Shown one piece after another: positions 44,800-56,588 of a DNA stretch of 64,000 nt (positions within the stretch are counted from its first letter, which is position 1; each line of letters starts with the position of its first letter). The stretch covers positions 3,944,436 through 4,008,435 of the forward strand of contig SMSO01000031.1 in assembly GCA_004764695.1 (NCBI GenBank). Reading direction: 5' to 3'. Source of the stretch: Schizochytrium sp. TIO01. Taxonomy: Eukaryota; Protista; Bigyra: Labyrinthulomycetes. The notes beneath the pieces were generated by a model. The model saw nothing but the letters and a program-made list of their open reading frames with translations, was not told where the DNA came from and ran no database searches. The position numbers and the translations under genes were made by a program.

Positions 44800-47240
44800 A
44801 TGGTGTCCCCGTCGGCCTGCGCGACACTGCGAGTGACAGGTGAGTACTGCAGGGTTAGAGCTTCGGTTGAATGAGGTGCCGAGAGAACGATGAAATGGAC
44901 ACAGATTCAGTCATTTCGTTTCGAACGATGAGAGAGAAGAGAGAGCTAGCTTCCTTTCGGCTTGCAAACTCAAGTTGCTCGATCTGTTTGTTGCCTTGCT
45001 TCAAGCAGAGCTTGCTTGATTTCGGGTAGATTTCATGATGTTCTTGATTTCTATTTAGCAGCCTGAGGGCCGAGCAGGACGATCAGCCTTTTCAGCTTAT
45101 TCGTAGGAAAGGCTTGTGTTTTTTGTGTGTCTTGAAAAAAAATGAAAAATGGTGTCTTGATTTTCGAGTTGTTAAACCTTGAACACGAGAAGCATCATTT
45201 TAGGTCTTTGGAGTGAGTATGGTTCTACGAGTATGCGCGTGGTGCAGCGTGTGCGGGAAGAATGGCGTGGAAGCAAGCACACTCTTCTCTTTCTGACTAG
45301 CAGACTCAGGACAACCTAATGTGTGTGCATTCGTGTGCGGAATAGTGATTAAGCATTTGGTAGTGTCGAGTTGGGGTGAAATTGGCATGCACATGCACGA
45401 ATGAGAGCATAGAAAAACTGACAAAGTACGGTACGTGCTGATGTGTTTTGTTATCGTGACTGGTCTTCCCTCGCTCCCAAATGGAGTTGGTTTCTTGTGT
45501 ACTCGTGGCGCACTACGACATTGGTATCTGATGGCTACATCGATGCCGTGAATTCACTCACCTGTGAAATGTTTAGCGAAACGAGCGGAAAACCTCAAGA
45601 ATTTGCAGACAATAATCGATCAAGATCCCTTTGTGAGACTAACAATTCTTCCGTGGGGGGATTCGGAGGAAACCAAGGCTGCTAGTGGTACTGATCCAGA
45701 ATGGAAGGCCAAACACCGACCAGTAATCGAACTTCCATACCCGGGACGGCCTGTTCCACCTGAAAAGGCAGAGCTCCTAGTAGAAGTCTACGACGCAGAG
45801 GTAACTCGAGCAGACCGTATTATTGGCAGTGCCACCGTTGACCTTGCGGACGAATTGCGTAAATCTGCTCTCGAAGAGCCACACGAGATTTCTTTGGAGC
45901 TCTCAGACCCCAAAGGGAAAAGCGCCGGCACCGTATATCTTGACTTCGAAGTCATCATGCGCGGTACATTTGATGTCACGGTTAACTCGGGTCACAACCT
46001 AAAAAATATCCATACTGTTATGGATCAGAACCCATACGTACGTATTACCTTCCTACCTGTTGCTGAAGGCGCAGAAAAACAGGTGTTCTCCACCAAGTCG
46101 GCCAGTGGCGCTAATCCGGTTTGGACCAAGAAGAATGTCCTTACATTTGAGTACGATGGAGAGGAAAAGCCTCGTCTTCTTGTTGAGGTCTTCGATGACG
46201 AGCTCTTTCAGAAGGATCGCCTTGTTGGCACGGCCGCGGTTGATCTTATCAAACGCGTCCTCAATAACGGCCCGGGTTCACGCGAGGTGAAAAAGGAGCT
46301 CATAGTTGAGCTTGTCGATGAGGAGTTTGTTTCTGCAGGTAGGCTTGACCTAACCGTACACTTTGTTAACGAGGCCTGGGATGACTCCAAGCCAATTCTC
46401 CGCGCTCTCTCGTCCAAGGAGCTCCATGTTGCGGATCTCAACGCTATGAGTGGGTCTGAAATTTGGGATGAGCTACGCCGTGTTTTTTTTCAAATTGAGA
46501 GCGAAGTAAGTTGCACGTTTTCATGTAAGAGTATAAGAAAGAGGAAGAGAGTCGAAGAGAATTCTGGAAATGGTACATTGCTTAAGCTTTATGCATTCAC
46601 AACATGTATTTTCCGTTTCTTATTTGCAATGCGAATTTCGAAGGTTTGATGAAATAAACGCTTTTACTAACAGTCATTCGGGCAAAAATTTCTCTGTAGC
46701 TGGAAAACTCTGCGCCAGGATTCTTGAACGAGTTTGTAAGGCCCGGTCTCTCTTTAAGTGGGCTCTTTGCAATCATGTGGCTCTTTCTGGGCATGGCTGG
46801 CATGTATATCTTCATCAAACACGGTGCCAAGCTCTTGAGCCTTTGCGTAGGTGTACTTTATCCTTGCTATGCTTCTTTCAAAGCTATCGAAACCGAAGGC
46901 AAGGACGATGACACCCAGTGGCTTACTTACTGGATGATTTTTGGGACAAGTATGATTCTCGAAGAGACGGCCCTTAAAGGTCCCAGCAATGCTTCAACCT
47001 GGTCTTTTTTTTATTTGCAAGATGGCCTTTCTTATTTGGCTCGCCTCACCAAAGTATCAAGGCGCTGCGTTTTTATACAAGCGGTTCGTTGCCCCTCTTT
47101 TGCGGAAATATGAAAGCCACATTGATAAGCGTATCAAGTCAGCTAGGCGCGCTGTAAAGGAGATCGACGAGCGCGTGCGTCTTGAACCTTCCGCTGTGCA
47201 CAGCGATGATAGTGACGCAAGCGATGACGAAGACCATTGA
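44800..47240 (+). CDS. Spliced gene: two C2 domains fused to a TB2/DP1/HVA22 (REEP/Yop1) domain. Exons 44800-44839, 45577-46505, 46700-47240, with a +1 frame break in 46956-47013
   Basis: Exon 1 MVSPSACATLRVT joins via G|gtgagt...tttag|CG to AKRAENLKNLQTIIDQDPFV, completing a C2 strand. Second C2 has DQNPYV..EVFDDE..DRLVG. Intron 2 is gtaagt..TACTAAC..tgtag. REEP motifs YPCYASFKAIE..DDTQWLTYW and KMAFLIWL..QGAAFLYKRFVAP lie in different frames. Confidence 0.8.
44840..45576 (+). other. Spliceosomal intron 1 of the C2-C2-REEP gene
   Basis: GTGAGT donor, CACTCAC branch-like motif at about 45555, TTTAG acceptor; splicing restores the C2 beta-strand in frame. Confidence 0.75.
46506..46699 (+). 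other. Spliceosomal intron 2 of the C2-C2-REEP gene
   Basis: GTAAGT donor, perfect TACTAAC branch at 46665-46671, TGTAG acceptor; phase 0, in frame. Confidence 0.85.
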
Positions 47241-47914
47241 TTTCTTACAATGGTTTCATCGATTTGTGTCTTGTAAGTCTTGTGTTGTGATGCTTCCGTC
47301 AAATTGAACATGAATTCCACCACTTGCTGTACAACCATCTATACACTTCTGTTTCTCAGGGAGAAAGAGCAGCATGGACACATGTTTTTAACGCACTCTT
47401 CATGTCAGCTTTGGTAAACAACTCGCGAAAAAACAACACTGGGAAGCAGCTCTCCTTCGCTATTATATTAGGGGAATTAAAAAAAGAAAATACCTTTATG
47501 TTTGTCTTCTTTAATTTGTTCTTCGGCGCTGTAACGCGATTATCTCATTCATTCGTGGAGATCCCTAGCAGTCAAGGCTTATAGTCTCACTTTTGAGACA
47601 CATGAAAGTACATACTAGTACCCACTATTCATAGGTAATAGTTACAAAATTTCAGAAAAACGTGCTTGGCCAGTTGAATACACCACCGTTATGATTTTTT
47701 GCTTACAAGTATACTTTTTCAAGTACCTACTATGAGACAATATTTTTTTAAAATAAATCCTGCAGTGCAAGTCTATCTCACGCGCTCTTGTGGACGAATG
47801 CAAAATCCTGTTCCCTGGATGCTTTCTCTGTTTTGTCATTAATGCTTAAAAAGCCCACAGGCAGGGTTTAGGTAAAAATCGAATAGTTATATTTTTTGTT
47901 GCCACAAGCTTGTC

Positions 47915-49054
47915 ATGCAGCGCAAACTCAAGCCCGCGTTGAGCAGCGCGGAAGATGACGAGGACGAATATGGCACTACGCGAAGCAAGCAAGTGGATAA
48001 TAGCTTACCCCGGAACTGGCTAAGTGCTACAGGAGTTTACTTGCCTGCAGGGGTATCGTTCTCAGAGCAATCTCTATCGAACCTGCGCACTTCGAGCTAT
48101 ATGTCAAGCGATCAAGAAATGGGCGAAGACGACAGTTATCTCGGGGCAGGCGCACCTCAGGGCTTCAATGGCAAGATTGAGGGATGGGTGCAAGCATCTG
48201 TGGGGAGCTGTGGACACCATTGTCTCAAGGATCGCCAGGAAGACATCCTGGAGAGATTGCCAGTTGCAGATGAGTCGTGGAAACTTTGCTTAGCTCAGCT
48301 TGACGCGCTCAATCTCAACTTGTATGAAGAAAATCAAAACTTGTGGCTTCGCTGTGATGTATATGATGCTGGCAGATCTGTGACTAGCGCACAACCCGAA
48401 GTACTGACATTCACTTTTACAGATGGCCTTGGACGCAGGAAACGAGTGTTTCTTAAACTCAGATCTGAAAAGTCTTGTTACCTCTGGATCGAGGCCCTCT
48501 ATCAAGCACGGGCTTGCAGACGCACGTGGACTTTAACACCTTACCCAAATCTGGAAATGGGTCTTTGCTGTTGTGCATTTGGTAACAATATCCTTTCACA
48601 TATATTTTGGTTTGTGGTATGCAACTTTACTAATGTAATGTTCGACCTAAGCGATTTACTGTGGACTCTCTTTTTCGATATTGCGAAAGAGCCCAATGAC
48701 GAACCCCGCAGACGCTTGCAAATCGAGATCTCGTTTATTAATAATGGTGTTCTGCTGATTGCTTCATTCTGCATGCTAGCTGTACTTTATAGCTCACAAC
48801 GACCTATGCATGTTGTGCTACGCCGAACTCGAATTCTTTGTTTTGCTCTAGCATTGGCTTTCCTTGGTGAAATTATTGTGAGTTTAGTGAGCCTTGGTGA
48901 GCATGATGAATTCTCACGGGCCATGCAGAAGCGACTACTCTCAGTGGTAGATGTAATGCTTTTTGTCACTTGGCTCAACGGGGCATATTTATGTACTCGT
49001 GGTCTTGCTATATTAAAACAAGACATTACTGATATGTCTTTGTGCCATGTCTAG
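47915..49054 (+). CDS. Uncharacterised protein: PH-like domain followed by about 4 TM helices
   Basis: IEGWVQ..WKLCLAQL..LNLYE and RVFLKLRSEKSCYLWIEAL (PH C-terminal helix with Trp), then hydrophobic segments. Confidence 0.65.
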   Translation: MQRKLKPALSSAEDDEDEYGTTRSKQVDNSLPRNWLSATGVYLPAGVSFSEQSLSNLRTSSYMSSDQEMGEDDSYLGAGAPQGFNGKIEGWVQASVGSCGHHCLKDRQEDILERLPVADESWKLCLAQLDALNLNLYEENQNLWLRCDVYDAGRSVTSAQPEVLTFTFTDGLGRRKRVFLKLRSEKSCYLWIEALYQARACRRTWTLTPYPNLEMGLCCCAFGNNILSHIFWFVVCNFTNVMFDLSDLLWTLFFDIAKEPNDEPRRRLQIEISFINNGVLLIASFCMLAVLYSSQRPMHVVLRRTRILCFALALAFLGEIIVSLVSLGEHDEFSRAMQKRLLSVVDVMLFVTWLNGAYLCTRGLAILKQDITDMSLCHV

Positions 49055-49434
49055 CTTGTAAACCTTACTTTGCATAAAATCGCAACTCAGAGCACACCTA
49101 ACACCTGATAGAACTATTATTCCAAAAAATAGTAGATTTATGTGGAATGGAGCTGAACTGAGGTCGTTCTTAAAGAGTTTTTTTGTATTAATATTTGAGA
49201 AAGACTTATCATTTAATTAATACGAGTCACACATTGAACTGCAACATAGATGATGTAGAACCTGCTACATCAAGACAGGCGCAAAAAAAGAGGGGTAAAA
49301 GGAGGAGTATATACTATGTGTGATAGAAAGTAAAAAAGAATATTAAAAATGTTGGCGCATCTCATGCCAAATTTAATCTTTCAAGAATCGAACATTCCGG
49401 TACAACAAGCTTGAGTAGATTAGTCGGGATGAGG

Positions 49435-50850
49435 TTAAACAGAAATAGCTTGAACTCGAGGAATAGAGGTAGTCCGGTGCCAACGAATGAACAGGCGTCG
49501 TAGAGCAATCATGATGGCGGGAATTGTGACGATCGTAACAAAGACTAGAGTAGATTCCATGGTCTGCTCAGGATGGCTCGAACGCATGACAGGGAGTGCA
49601 ATGAGAAGGGAAAATAACATGCAAGCAGCTGCAATCAAAAGAGCGAAGCCTTCGCAAATATGTGACAATGTGGACAGAGTGCATAAGGATTTGAGGTCTA
49701 GTTTGAGACGATGCTGGAGAGATACTGAGTACCGAGTATGGCAAATTTCGCATTCCAAATTATCCCCTGCTGCGCGGTTGCCAGGGCGATTAAGGATCCA
49801 TTTCTCTAAACATTCAACATGGACCTTGGAGATGGAGCCTGTACATGCACACGGGGCAATGAGGGGATTTTGTTTTGTGCATTCGTCATCACCACATATA
49901 CGACATTCGTCATAGCTTGCCGAGCTCGCTCCTCCAAGAGAATTCGTACGCTCTGGACGAATGCTGAGAATAGTACTTTCATCAGTACTTGCATTCCCAT
50001 GATGGGACAGCGTCGAAGGTACCAAAGATGGCACAGTTGCGAAAGAACATGCATCTCCTTCACCATGCGCACTTGTCAAAAGTGGTTGTTTACACTCGTC
50101 CAAAGTTTCTCCCGAAAGGGAGAAGTCAGGCTCACCTGAGGATACTGGTGTTGTGTCTTTGTATGAGAGAGTGGGCGTTCGTTCTAATTCATCACTATTC
50201 ACCTCTTCAAAGTCATCATCATCTTCTTCATCGTTGTTCTGATGAAACCGACTATATATGTCAGTATCACAATCCATATTGCGGGAATATCGGAAATCAT
50301 TAGCAAGCCCACTCCCGCGACGACATTCATGTGGACCCCAAATAGCCCCCGCAGCAGCTGGTGCCGAGGATGACAGTGCCACTCGAGCTGTTGCACCTGT
50401 GGCAGACCTCGATTGGCAAGAATATGTGTTGTCCTCGTACAAGGCTTGAGCAATCTGCTCACCTGAAGCGCGGACCCCTTTTTTCGCAGGGGGTTCGTCA
50501 ATCGTTGTTTGCATGGCACTCGGGTTATGATGAGCTTTGAAATTGGAATTTTCAGAGTCTATGATAGTTTTTCTCGTAGCTCTATCTGGATCTCTGTCTT
50601 CTCGAGAGATTACATATTCAACTGCTTTCGAAGAGACATCTCCAGAATTGGGACTGAAATTACCATCGATGCTCTGATTGGAAGTGGCTATTTCAAGACT
50701 TTGGCCAAGTGCTACCTCGCCTGCATTGCCATCAATGTCGGCACCATTATCTTCAGCAATTTCACCCTGAGTCATTTCAGTAGATTCGTTCTCGCGGAAG
50801 AGCTCCACCTCGTTACGTTTGGCTTCGTTGAGAGGAGTTATCTGCGCCAT
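49435..50850 (-). CDS. RING-CH (RINGv, MARCH-like) membrane E3 ubiquitin ligase
   Basis: C4HC3 CRIC..PCACTGS..VHVECLEKW..CEIC followed by two TM helices. Confidence 0.92.
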   Translation of the reverse strand: MAQITPLNEAKRNEVELFRENESTEMTQGEIAEDNGADIDGNAGEVALGQSLEIATSNQSIDGNFSPNSGDVSSKAVEYVISREDRDPDRATRKTIIDSENSNFKAHHNPSAMQTTIDEPPAKKGVRASGEQIAQALYEDNTYSCQSRSATGATARVALSSSAPAAAGAIWGPHECRRGSGLANDFRYSRNMDCDTDIYSRFHQNNDEEDDDDFEEVNSDELERTPTLSYKDTTPVSSGEPDFSLSGETLDECKQPLLTSAHGEGDACSFATVPSLVPSTLSHHGNASTDESTILSIRPERTNSLGGASSASYDECRICGDDECTKQNPLIAPCACTGSISKVHVECLEKWILNRPGNRAAGDNLECEICHTRYSVSLQHRLKLDLKSLCTLSTLSHICEGFALLIAAACMLFSLLIALPVMRSSHPEQTMESTLVFVTIVTIPAIMIALRRLFIRWHRTTSIPRVQAISV

Positions 50851-52174
50851 ACTCGGCTACAACCCACACAAATTACAACGCGACCTTTATTTTTACAATA
50901 AGTACAACAGGGCTAATCACAGTGGATTTTGATCGTAGCCAAAGACTGCAGCTTCGGATTTCTTGCTCTCAACTCAGTACGACGGAATTGCCTTTGATAC
51001 TGGAGCCGTTTGACGGCTTTAATCAATAGATACAATCGGCAATAGTGCAAAGGAGATGGCAATACGACAGCAACTGCTATCGTGATTCCGGGCCACCTTG
51101 AATTTCTATATATCCTCAGCAGACGTGAGATCACCCCCGGTTGGATGCGCAACGGCGTGCTCCGGCACGCCAAAGTGGAGAATATTGAGCGCAGAAAACC
51201 TCAAACAACTTTTAAGGGAAGAAACGATGTGGCAGCGAGAAAAAGGGACTTGCGCAGCTCGGAGGCCGTCGCAAGCAGCTGTCGCCAGTCTCAGCAAATG
51301 CGTGGAGAAGAGATTGCCCCAGGCAGGCCTCTGCTACCGTAAGAAACCTCGCCGCGCACCGTCACGCACGAGCAGCTTCGGGGGTCGGTGTCCGGACTGC
51401 CGCCCGTCCGGACTTCAACAAGTGGAACCGGGTAGAACATATGGAACGTTTCATTATAGAACATCTGGATTCAACAAGGAACATTATGGGAACTTTTGAA
51501 TAACGATACATGTTGGTTCTGTGGTGGTTCCTCTGTGCAATGGAAAGAAGGGGTGGAGAAACTCGACTTGGAGTGAAATTGCGCGGCTTGCAGATTTGCG
51601 AAACCTGTAGAGTAGAAAATCTCAACGTGCAGCATCCTTGTTCACTGTGAGGTTCTGGCTACGGGTGGTGCCATCTTGATGGCGATTGCCTTGCCTGAGT
51701 GTACTCAAGATGTCAGGGTGACTCTGACTGGACAAGGAATTGCGGGAGCTTGCTGCCCCGTGAACACCGGCAGGATTTTAAACCACTCTTGCATTAGAAT
51801 AACTCTAGTGCTACGAAGTAATCATCTAAGGCATCCTATTTCATATATAGGTAAAAGTCTAATGGCAACTAGAACTCAAAATGAAGAAAGAGGCCATCTC
51901 CTGCAGAACTTGATCTTTGGGGTCTGCGCATCAGCTTGACTCGCGAGCACAGCTTGTACGGTGAGTTTGCATGGCGCGAGTCTTGAGCGGAGGATTTGCT
52001 CATAAGCAGCATCTAGCTAGTGCTGATGAAGTAGGAGTTCGTTTTGTGGTTGCTGCTCAGATCAGGGACCTCAGGGACTGCACACAAGGTGAAGCGCACG
52101 AAGGAGTCGTTGCTGCAGGTTTGAGGCCCTTGAAGCGTAGTGAGCGACTTTACTCTCAAGGTGCAGTCAAGCAG

Positions 52175-52259
52175 GTATGATCTATTAATGTAAAGGAAAA
52201 ACTGTCGGCAAACTCAAAACTCGCAAGCTAACCAAGTTTGATTTGACGATATAAAACAG
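52175..52259 (+). other. Possible 5'-UTR intron of the SDR gene
   Basis: CAG|GTATGA donor, GCTAAC branch-like motif at about 52227, AACAG acceptor. The in-frame TAG at 52334 means the upstream exon is non-coding. Confidence 0.35.
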
Positions 52260-52351
52260 AAAAACATATCGATTCGCCAGAATAAGCAGGGAAGCTAGTA
52301 CCAGGCGAAGCTTTCTTCGAAAACAACATCAAGTAGGGCCACACAAGAAAT

Positions 52352-53359
52352 ATGTTAGGCCGATTTACTGCGTTTTACAATTATGGTCGCAAGCACTTCA
52401 ATCAGAAGGGTCTTGCGGACTCAGAGAGACCCAACTTGAGCTCAGATCTGTCGGGCCGCGTGTATGTTGTGACAGGGAGTAACAGTGGCATCGGCAAGGA
52501 GGTAGCAGACCATCTATTCAAGAGAGGAGCGCGAGTATACATGGTGTGTCGTAGTCAAGAGCGTGCTGAAGATGCACGGAAAGAAATCTGTGCATCACAC
52601 GAATCTCGCTCTCCGGATGACATCCGTCTTGTGATAGCTGACATGTCCTTGAATAAGGGTGTCTCTCAAGCAGCATCTGAGGTGGCCAAACAAGAGCAGA
52701 AAGTGGATGGTCTTGTTTGCAACGCTGGTGCTCTGCTTGATAAGAAAGTTATGACTGACGAGGGCGTGGAGCTAACCTTTGCATGCCATTTTCTCTATGG
52801 CACGTACTTCTTAAGTAAATACATGCTGCCTCTTTTGGAGAAATCGGATGATCCTCGAATCATCGTGACAACAAGCGGGGGTATGTACAATGCGAAGCTT
52901 CATAACTTTAAGGAGCTTCTTCATGGTCCGGAAAAGAAATTTGACGGCAACCTTGCATATGCCAAGGCCAAGCGAGCACAGGTTTCGTTGGTAGAAGAGT
53001 GGGCCAAGACGTTAGGCAAAGTTAAGATTGCTGCAGTTCATCCAGGTTGGACTGCTACCCCAGGTGTTGAGAAAGCATACGGTCCTTTCATACGCTGGAT
53101 GCTATCGCCTATGCGAACGCCCTGGGAAGGCGCCGAAGGAATTGCGTACCTAGTAAGTACAGAAGGTAAGAACATCGAGTCTGGCCAGCTTTACTTAGAC
53201 ACATTGCCGCAACCTAGACACCTGCACAAGTCCACCGAAACACCTCCTGAAGTCATGGAGCAATTCATGAAAGATCTGATGGCATACAAGCCGAAGGATG
53301 ATGTCACCTCTTCGTCACCAAAGGCAGCTTCTCAGGGCGAGCAGGTGGCGTCGCAGTGA
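52352..53359 (+). CDS. Short-chain dehydrogenase/reductase, DHRS12-like
   Basis: VTGSNSGIG, LVCNAG, TTSGGMY, YAKAK (YxxxK), HPGWTATPGV, MRTPWEGA: DHRS12-type motifs. Confidence 0.88.
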   Translation: MLGRFTAFYNYGRKHFNQKGLADSERPNLSSDLSGRVYVVTGSNSGIGKEVADHLFKRGARVYMVCRSQERAEDARKEICASHESRSPDDIRLVIADMSLNKGVSQAASEVAKQEQKVDGLVCNAGALLDKKVMTDEGVELTFACHFLYGTYFLSKYMLPLLEKSDDPRIIVTTSGGMYNAKLHNFKELLHGPEKKFDGNLAYAKAKRAQVSLVEEWAKTLGKVKIAAVHPGWTATPGVEKAYGPFIRWMLSPMRTPWEGAEGIAYLVSTEGKNIESGQLYLDTLPQPRHLHKSTETPPEVMEQFMKDLMAYKPKDDVTSSSPKAASQGEQVASQ

Positions 53360-53440
53360 GTTAAACTACATTATGATTGAAAAACAAAACTGGTGGCGGG
53401 TTTCAGTTTCAAATGACTTTGGTGCAAAATGTTGTATAAC

Positions 53441-53585
53441 AATAGCCCCAAAGTTTCAAGTCTTAACTTCAAGCTCGAAATGTTTGTGGTAGTATATTAT
53501 TAGTCCTAAATTTTAAGTCTTACTTCAAGCGCAGAATCTTTATGGTAGCGTAATAGTCCCAAATTTTAACGTTTCAAGTTCAAGG
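53441..53585. repeat. Degenerate tandem repeat of about 55 nt (2.5 copies)
   Basis: Units start TAGCCCCAAAGTTTCAAGTCTTAACTTCAAGC / TAGTCCTAAATTTTAAGTCTTACTTCAAGC / TAGTCCCAAATTTTAACG. Confidence 0.7.
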
Positions 53586-55881
53586 TAGGTGCTTGAAGCT
53601 TCCATTCTTTGACTTGTTTTTCCTATATTTGTGGATTGTCCCCTGAGTTAAACTTAGGTGTAACCGCAGTTGTTTGCATATTTTGCATGTCTCAAAAACT
53701 TGCATTTAGTTAGTGTTCTTTCGTGCCAACCGGTTTGTTCTATTTACGCTTCAGTTGAAGCGGAAGATTGGGAGGTAGAGGGGGCGTATGTATTGTCGTT
53801 ATTTAATATTGTAGCACTAGGACATATAAATCAACTCGTTCACATGTAAACTGAGAGGTTCTCTCGGCCAGGTATTGTTGTGACGTTGATCTTGTTCAGC
53901 AAACAAATAAAACTACATGAGTGACGAAACCAGTGCTAACGTTGTCGGAAGTGTGCGATACAATGATGAAGTAGATTTTGAATTTAATGTGGGGTTCCCA
54001 GCTAAAACTTTCTTCCTGGAAGACTAGCTAGCTCTCTGCAATCCCTTATAAGTTTTTGCAAAGAATACGTCATATCGATTTTCCTTCTGGAATTTAACTT
54101 TAATACAAGAAAACTTTTTTCTTATGCTAAGATCCGTTCATGGGTCCTTGCAAACCACTAATTTTTTATTTTTTGTTTTTCAAAAATCAGCATGAAACGT
54201 GGTCAAACAGCAGTAGCGGACCTCGTTCAACTAGCGGTTCTTTTGGCCAACGTCTTTGTTGCACCCGTACGTATTCCATGGTGCTTGCACGGAAGAAGCA
54301 ATCTCAAAATAACGCGATTTAGTTTTTTTCTTCGTTAGAATAACTAAAGCGACGTTACAAGCTTCTCATCACCGAAATTACTCAACCAAATGAATTCACC
54401 TTAAAAGTGTTGCAATGAATGCAAAATTAGCCTTCTTACCTTTCAAACGAATATACTATGCAACAACCACGAGTGTCCTCACAAAATGCGGATGTCTTTT
54501 AATTTTAATTTCAATAGATAAATAGAAGATCTTGAAGAATAGTAAGTAATAAATTATAGGGTGAATATTTTTTAGGATTACAATTTTAAAAATAGTACTG
54601 GTAATTGAAGCACGTGTGCTGCGTGCACGTGATAGTTTCTGCGCCTCCATGCATGTCGTTTTCCTGCCCCGCTCAGCCGTGGGCCTAAAATAGTACAAGC
54701 ACCTACTTACCCACCTACCTACCACTATGATGGTGAAATTAAAATAAAGGAAGGAATGTGCAAGGAAAGCACAAAGACGGTTGCACTTGTGACCGCTGCG
54801 CAACGCATTTACATGTGCCTTAAGATGATGTCAACCCGAAGGTTTTGAGGCTGTTTCCTAGCGAGGTATGGCCTATAATCTGCTGTGAAGAAATTAGGTT
54901 TACAATTATGTCGAGCTAGACGTGCTGGGTGTTGCGGAGACTTCGAGGTAGAGTTTGGCGCGGATGTGCTGGTCATATTGCGCGTGCTTCTTAGCCTGTG
55001 GAAAATATTTGCAGTAAATGTAACTTAACGGCGCTCACTGTTCGTTTGTGGTGGCAAGTGACCGTTCGGCTGCTGATACTGTAAAAACTGATGCTGGAAT
55101 ACTACAAATGCGCCGTTTGACTTGGCGGAAACGAGCGAGTGGATAAATCTTTACGTTCTTCCTTGCATCGCACGCGTCGGTATAGGTAGCATCAGATTTG
55201 GCGAGTCGAGGTATTATCGTATAGCAGCAAGGGTGATCCAATTTAGTTTGTATTTCGGAATGCACGCAAATTACAAGACAGCGCATGGATGACCAGGAGC
55301 ATGCTTCTGTAATGGAGACATTCCGAGTTAACATTTGAGTCTTGGCTTGAACGAACTCGAAGCTTTAACGATGCACTTTGCCTTGTTTTCTTCAGTAGGA
55401 AAGCTCCTCGCGTTCTCAAGATTTCTTCTCCAGCAGGAGCCTCTTCCTTTCAGGAGAAGTCTTCGATATATATATATATATATACATATAAATTACAAAA
55501 AATAGAAAAAGCTAAAGATCAGTTGCGATCACAATTACCCTAAATTCTCTTGTTTAGAAACCACAGGTTCTCCTCTTCCTCGGAACCCAAGCTTGCTCCC
55601 CCAAAGGCCACGCAAGCTGCGGCTTCAAGGCTTGCACCGTCCACATCCTACGCGCTGGAGGTTCCAAGCCTCCCGGTCCCCGCGCTCGTGCTCGATCTCA
55701 CGCAGTGCTGGCAAGGCAGGCTTCTTTCTTTCTGTTCGCGCTGTCCATTCTCTCCGTATCTCCGTTCTGACACCTGCAGTAAGTAGCTGTCAGGCGAGCC
55801 CTACTAGACACGCCACAATCTGCATAATTTTACACAAAGTTCTCCATCTCATTCTTCTCTTATCATGTATGATGTTTTCTC

Positions 55882-55882
<1 letters not shown>

Positions 55883-55948
<66 letters not shown>
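55883..55948. repeat. (CTTT)n microsatellite
   Basis: Directly visible. Confidence 0.95.
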
Positions 55949-56061
55949 AAGTTACTAAAGTTAGAAATGTGAATAAACGTAGAGCCTAGCTACGTTATTC
56001 ACCAGCGAGAGCGTACAAGTTATCCCTTTCCTTTCATCTGCTCTCTAAGTATCAAACTGAC

Positions 56062-56109
56062 CAAACAAACAAACAAACAAACAAACAAACAAACAAACAA
56101 ACAAACAAA
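56062..56109. repeat. (CAAA)n microsatellite
   Basis: Directly visible. Confidence 0.95.
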
Positions 56110-56588
56110 TGAAGAAAAGCTGATCAAAAAGAGAGAGGCAAGAGAGAGCGAATGCCTCTGCGAGAAGAAAGATTTGGTCCAAGATCCACTCAAGCGAAGC
56201 CAGCCTTCGAGTTTCCCAGACCCAAGAGGCCGCCTCATCCGGAGCGGCACTCAGGCCACCGGCACTTCGCCTGCGGATGGCCTTGCCTTTGCGCCCTTGT
56301 GTAGCTCCCTCAGATCGCGCGCGCGAGAGAGAGTCTCTGCGGCCTTTCCAACGGGCTCCGAAGACCTCCATCAGAGCTCCTCTGTGCCGGTTCAAACGAA
56401 TACCTACGTCCTCGAAGAGCGCCGATCTACCGTTTCACCTATGTGAGCTCCTACCAGCGCACTGTGAGCCGATAGTTACTTTGTTTGTTTATAATTGTTT
56501 GTTTATAATTGTTTGTTTGCAATTGTTTGTTTGTTTAGTTTCATTTCATATGATTGTTTGTTCGTTCGTATTGGTTTAGTTTCTCTTC

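Noticed and set aside
53441-53585. Repeat-spacer-like appearance (CRISPR?)
   Set aside because: Degenerate tandem duplication with related rather than unique spacers; eukaryotic context, no cas genes.
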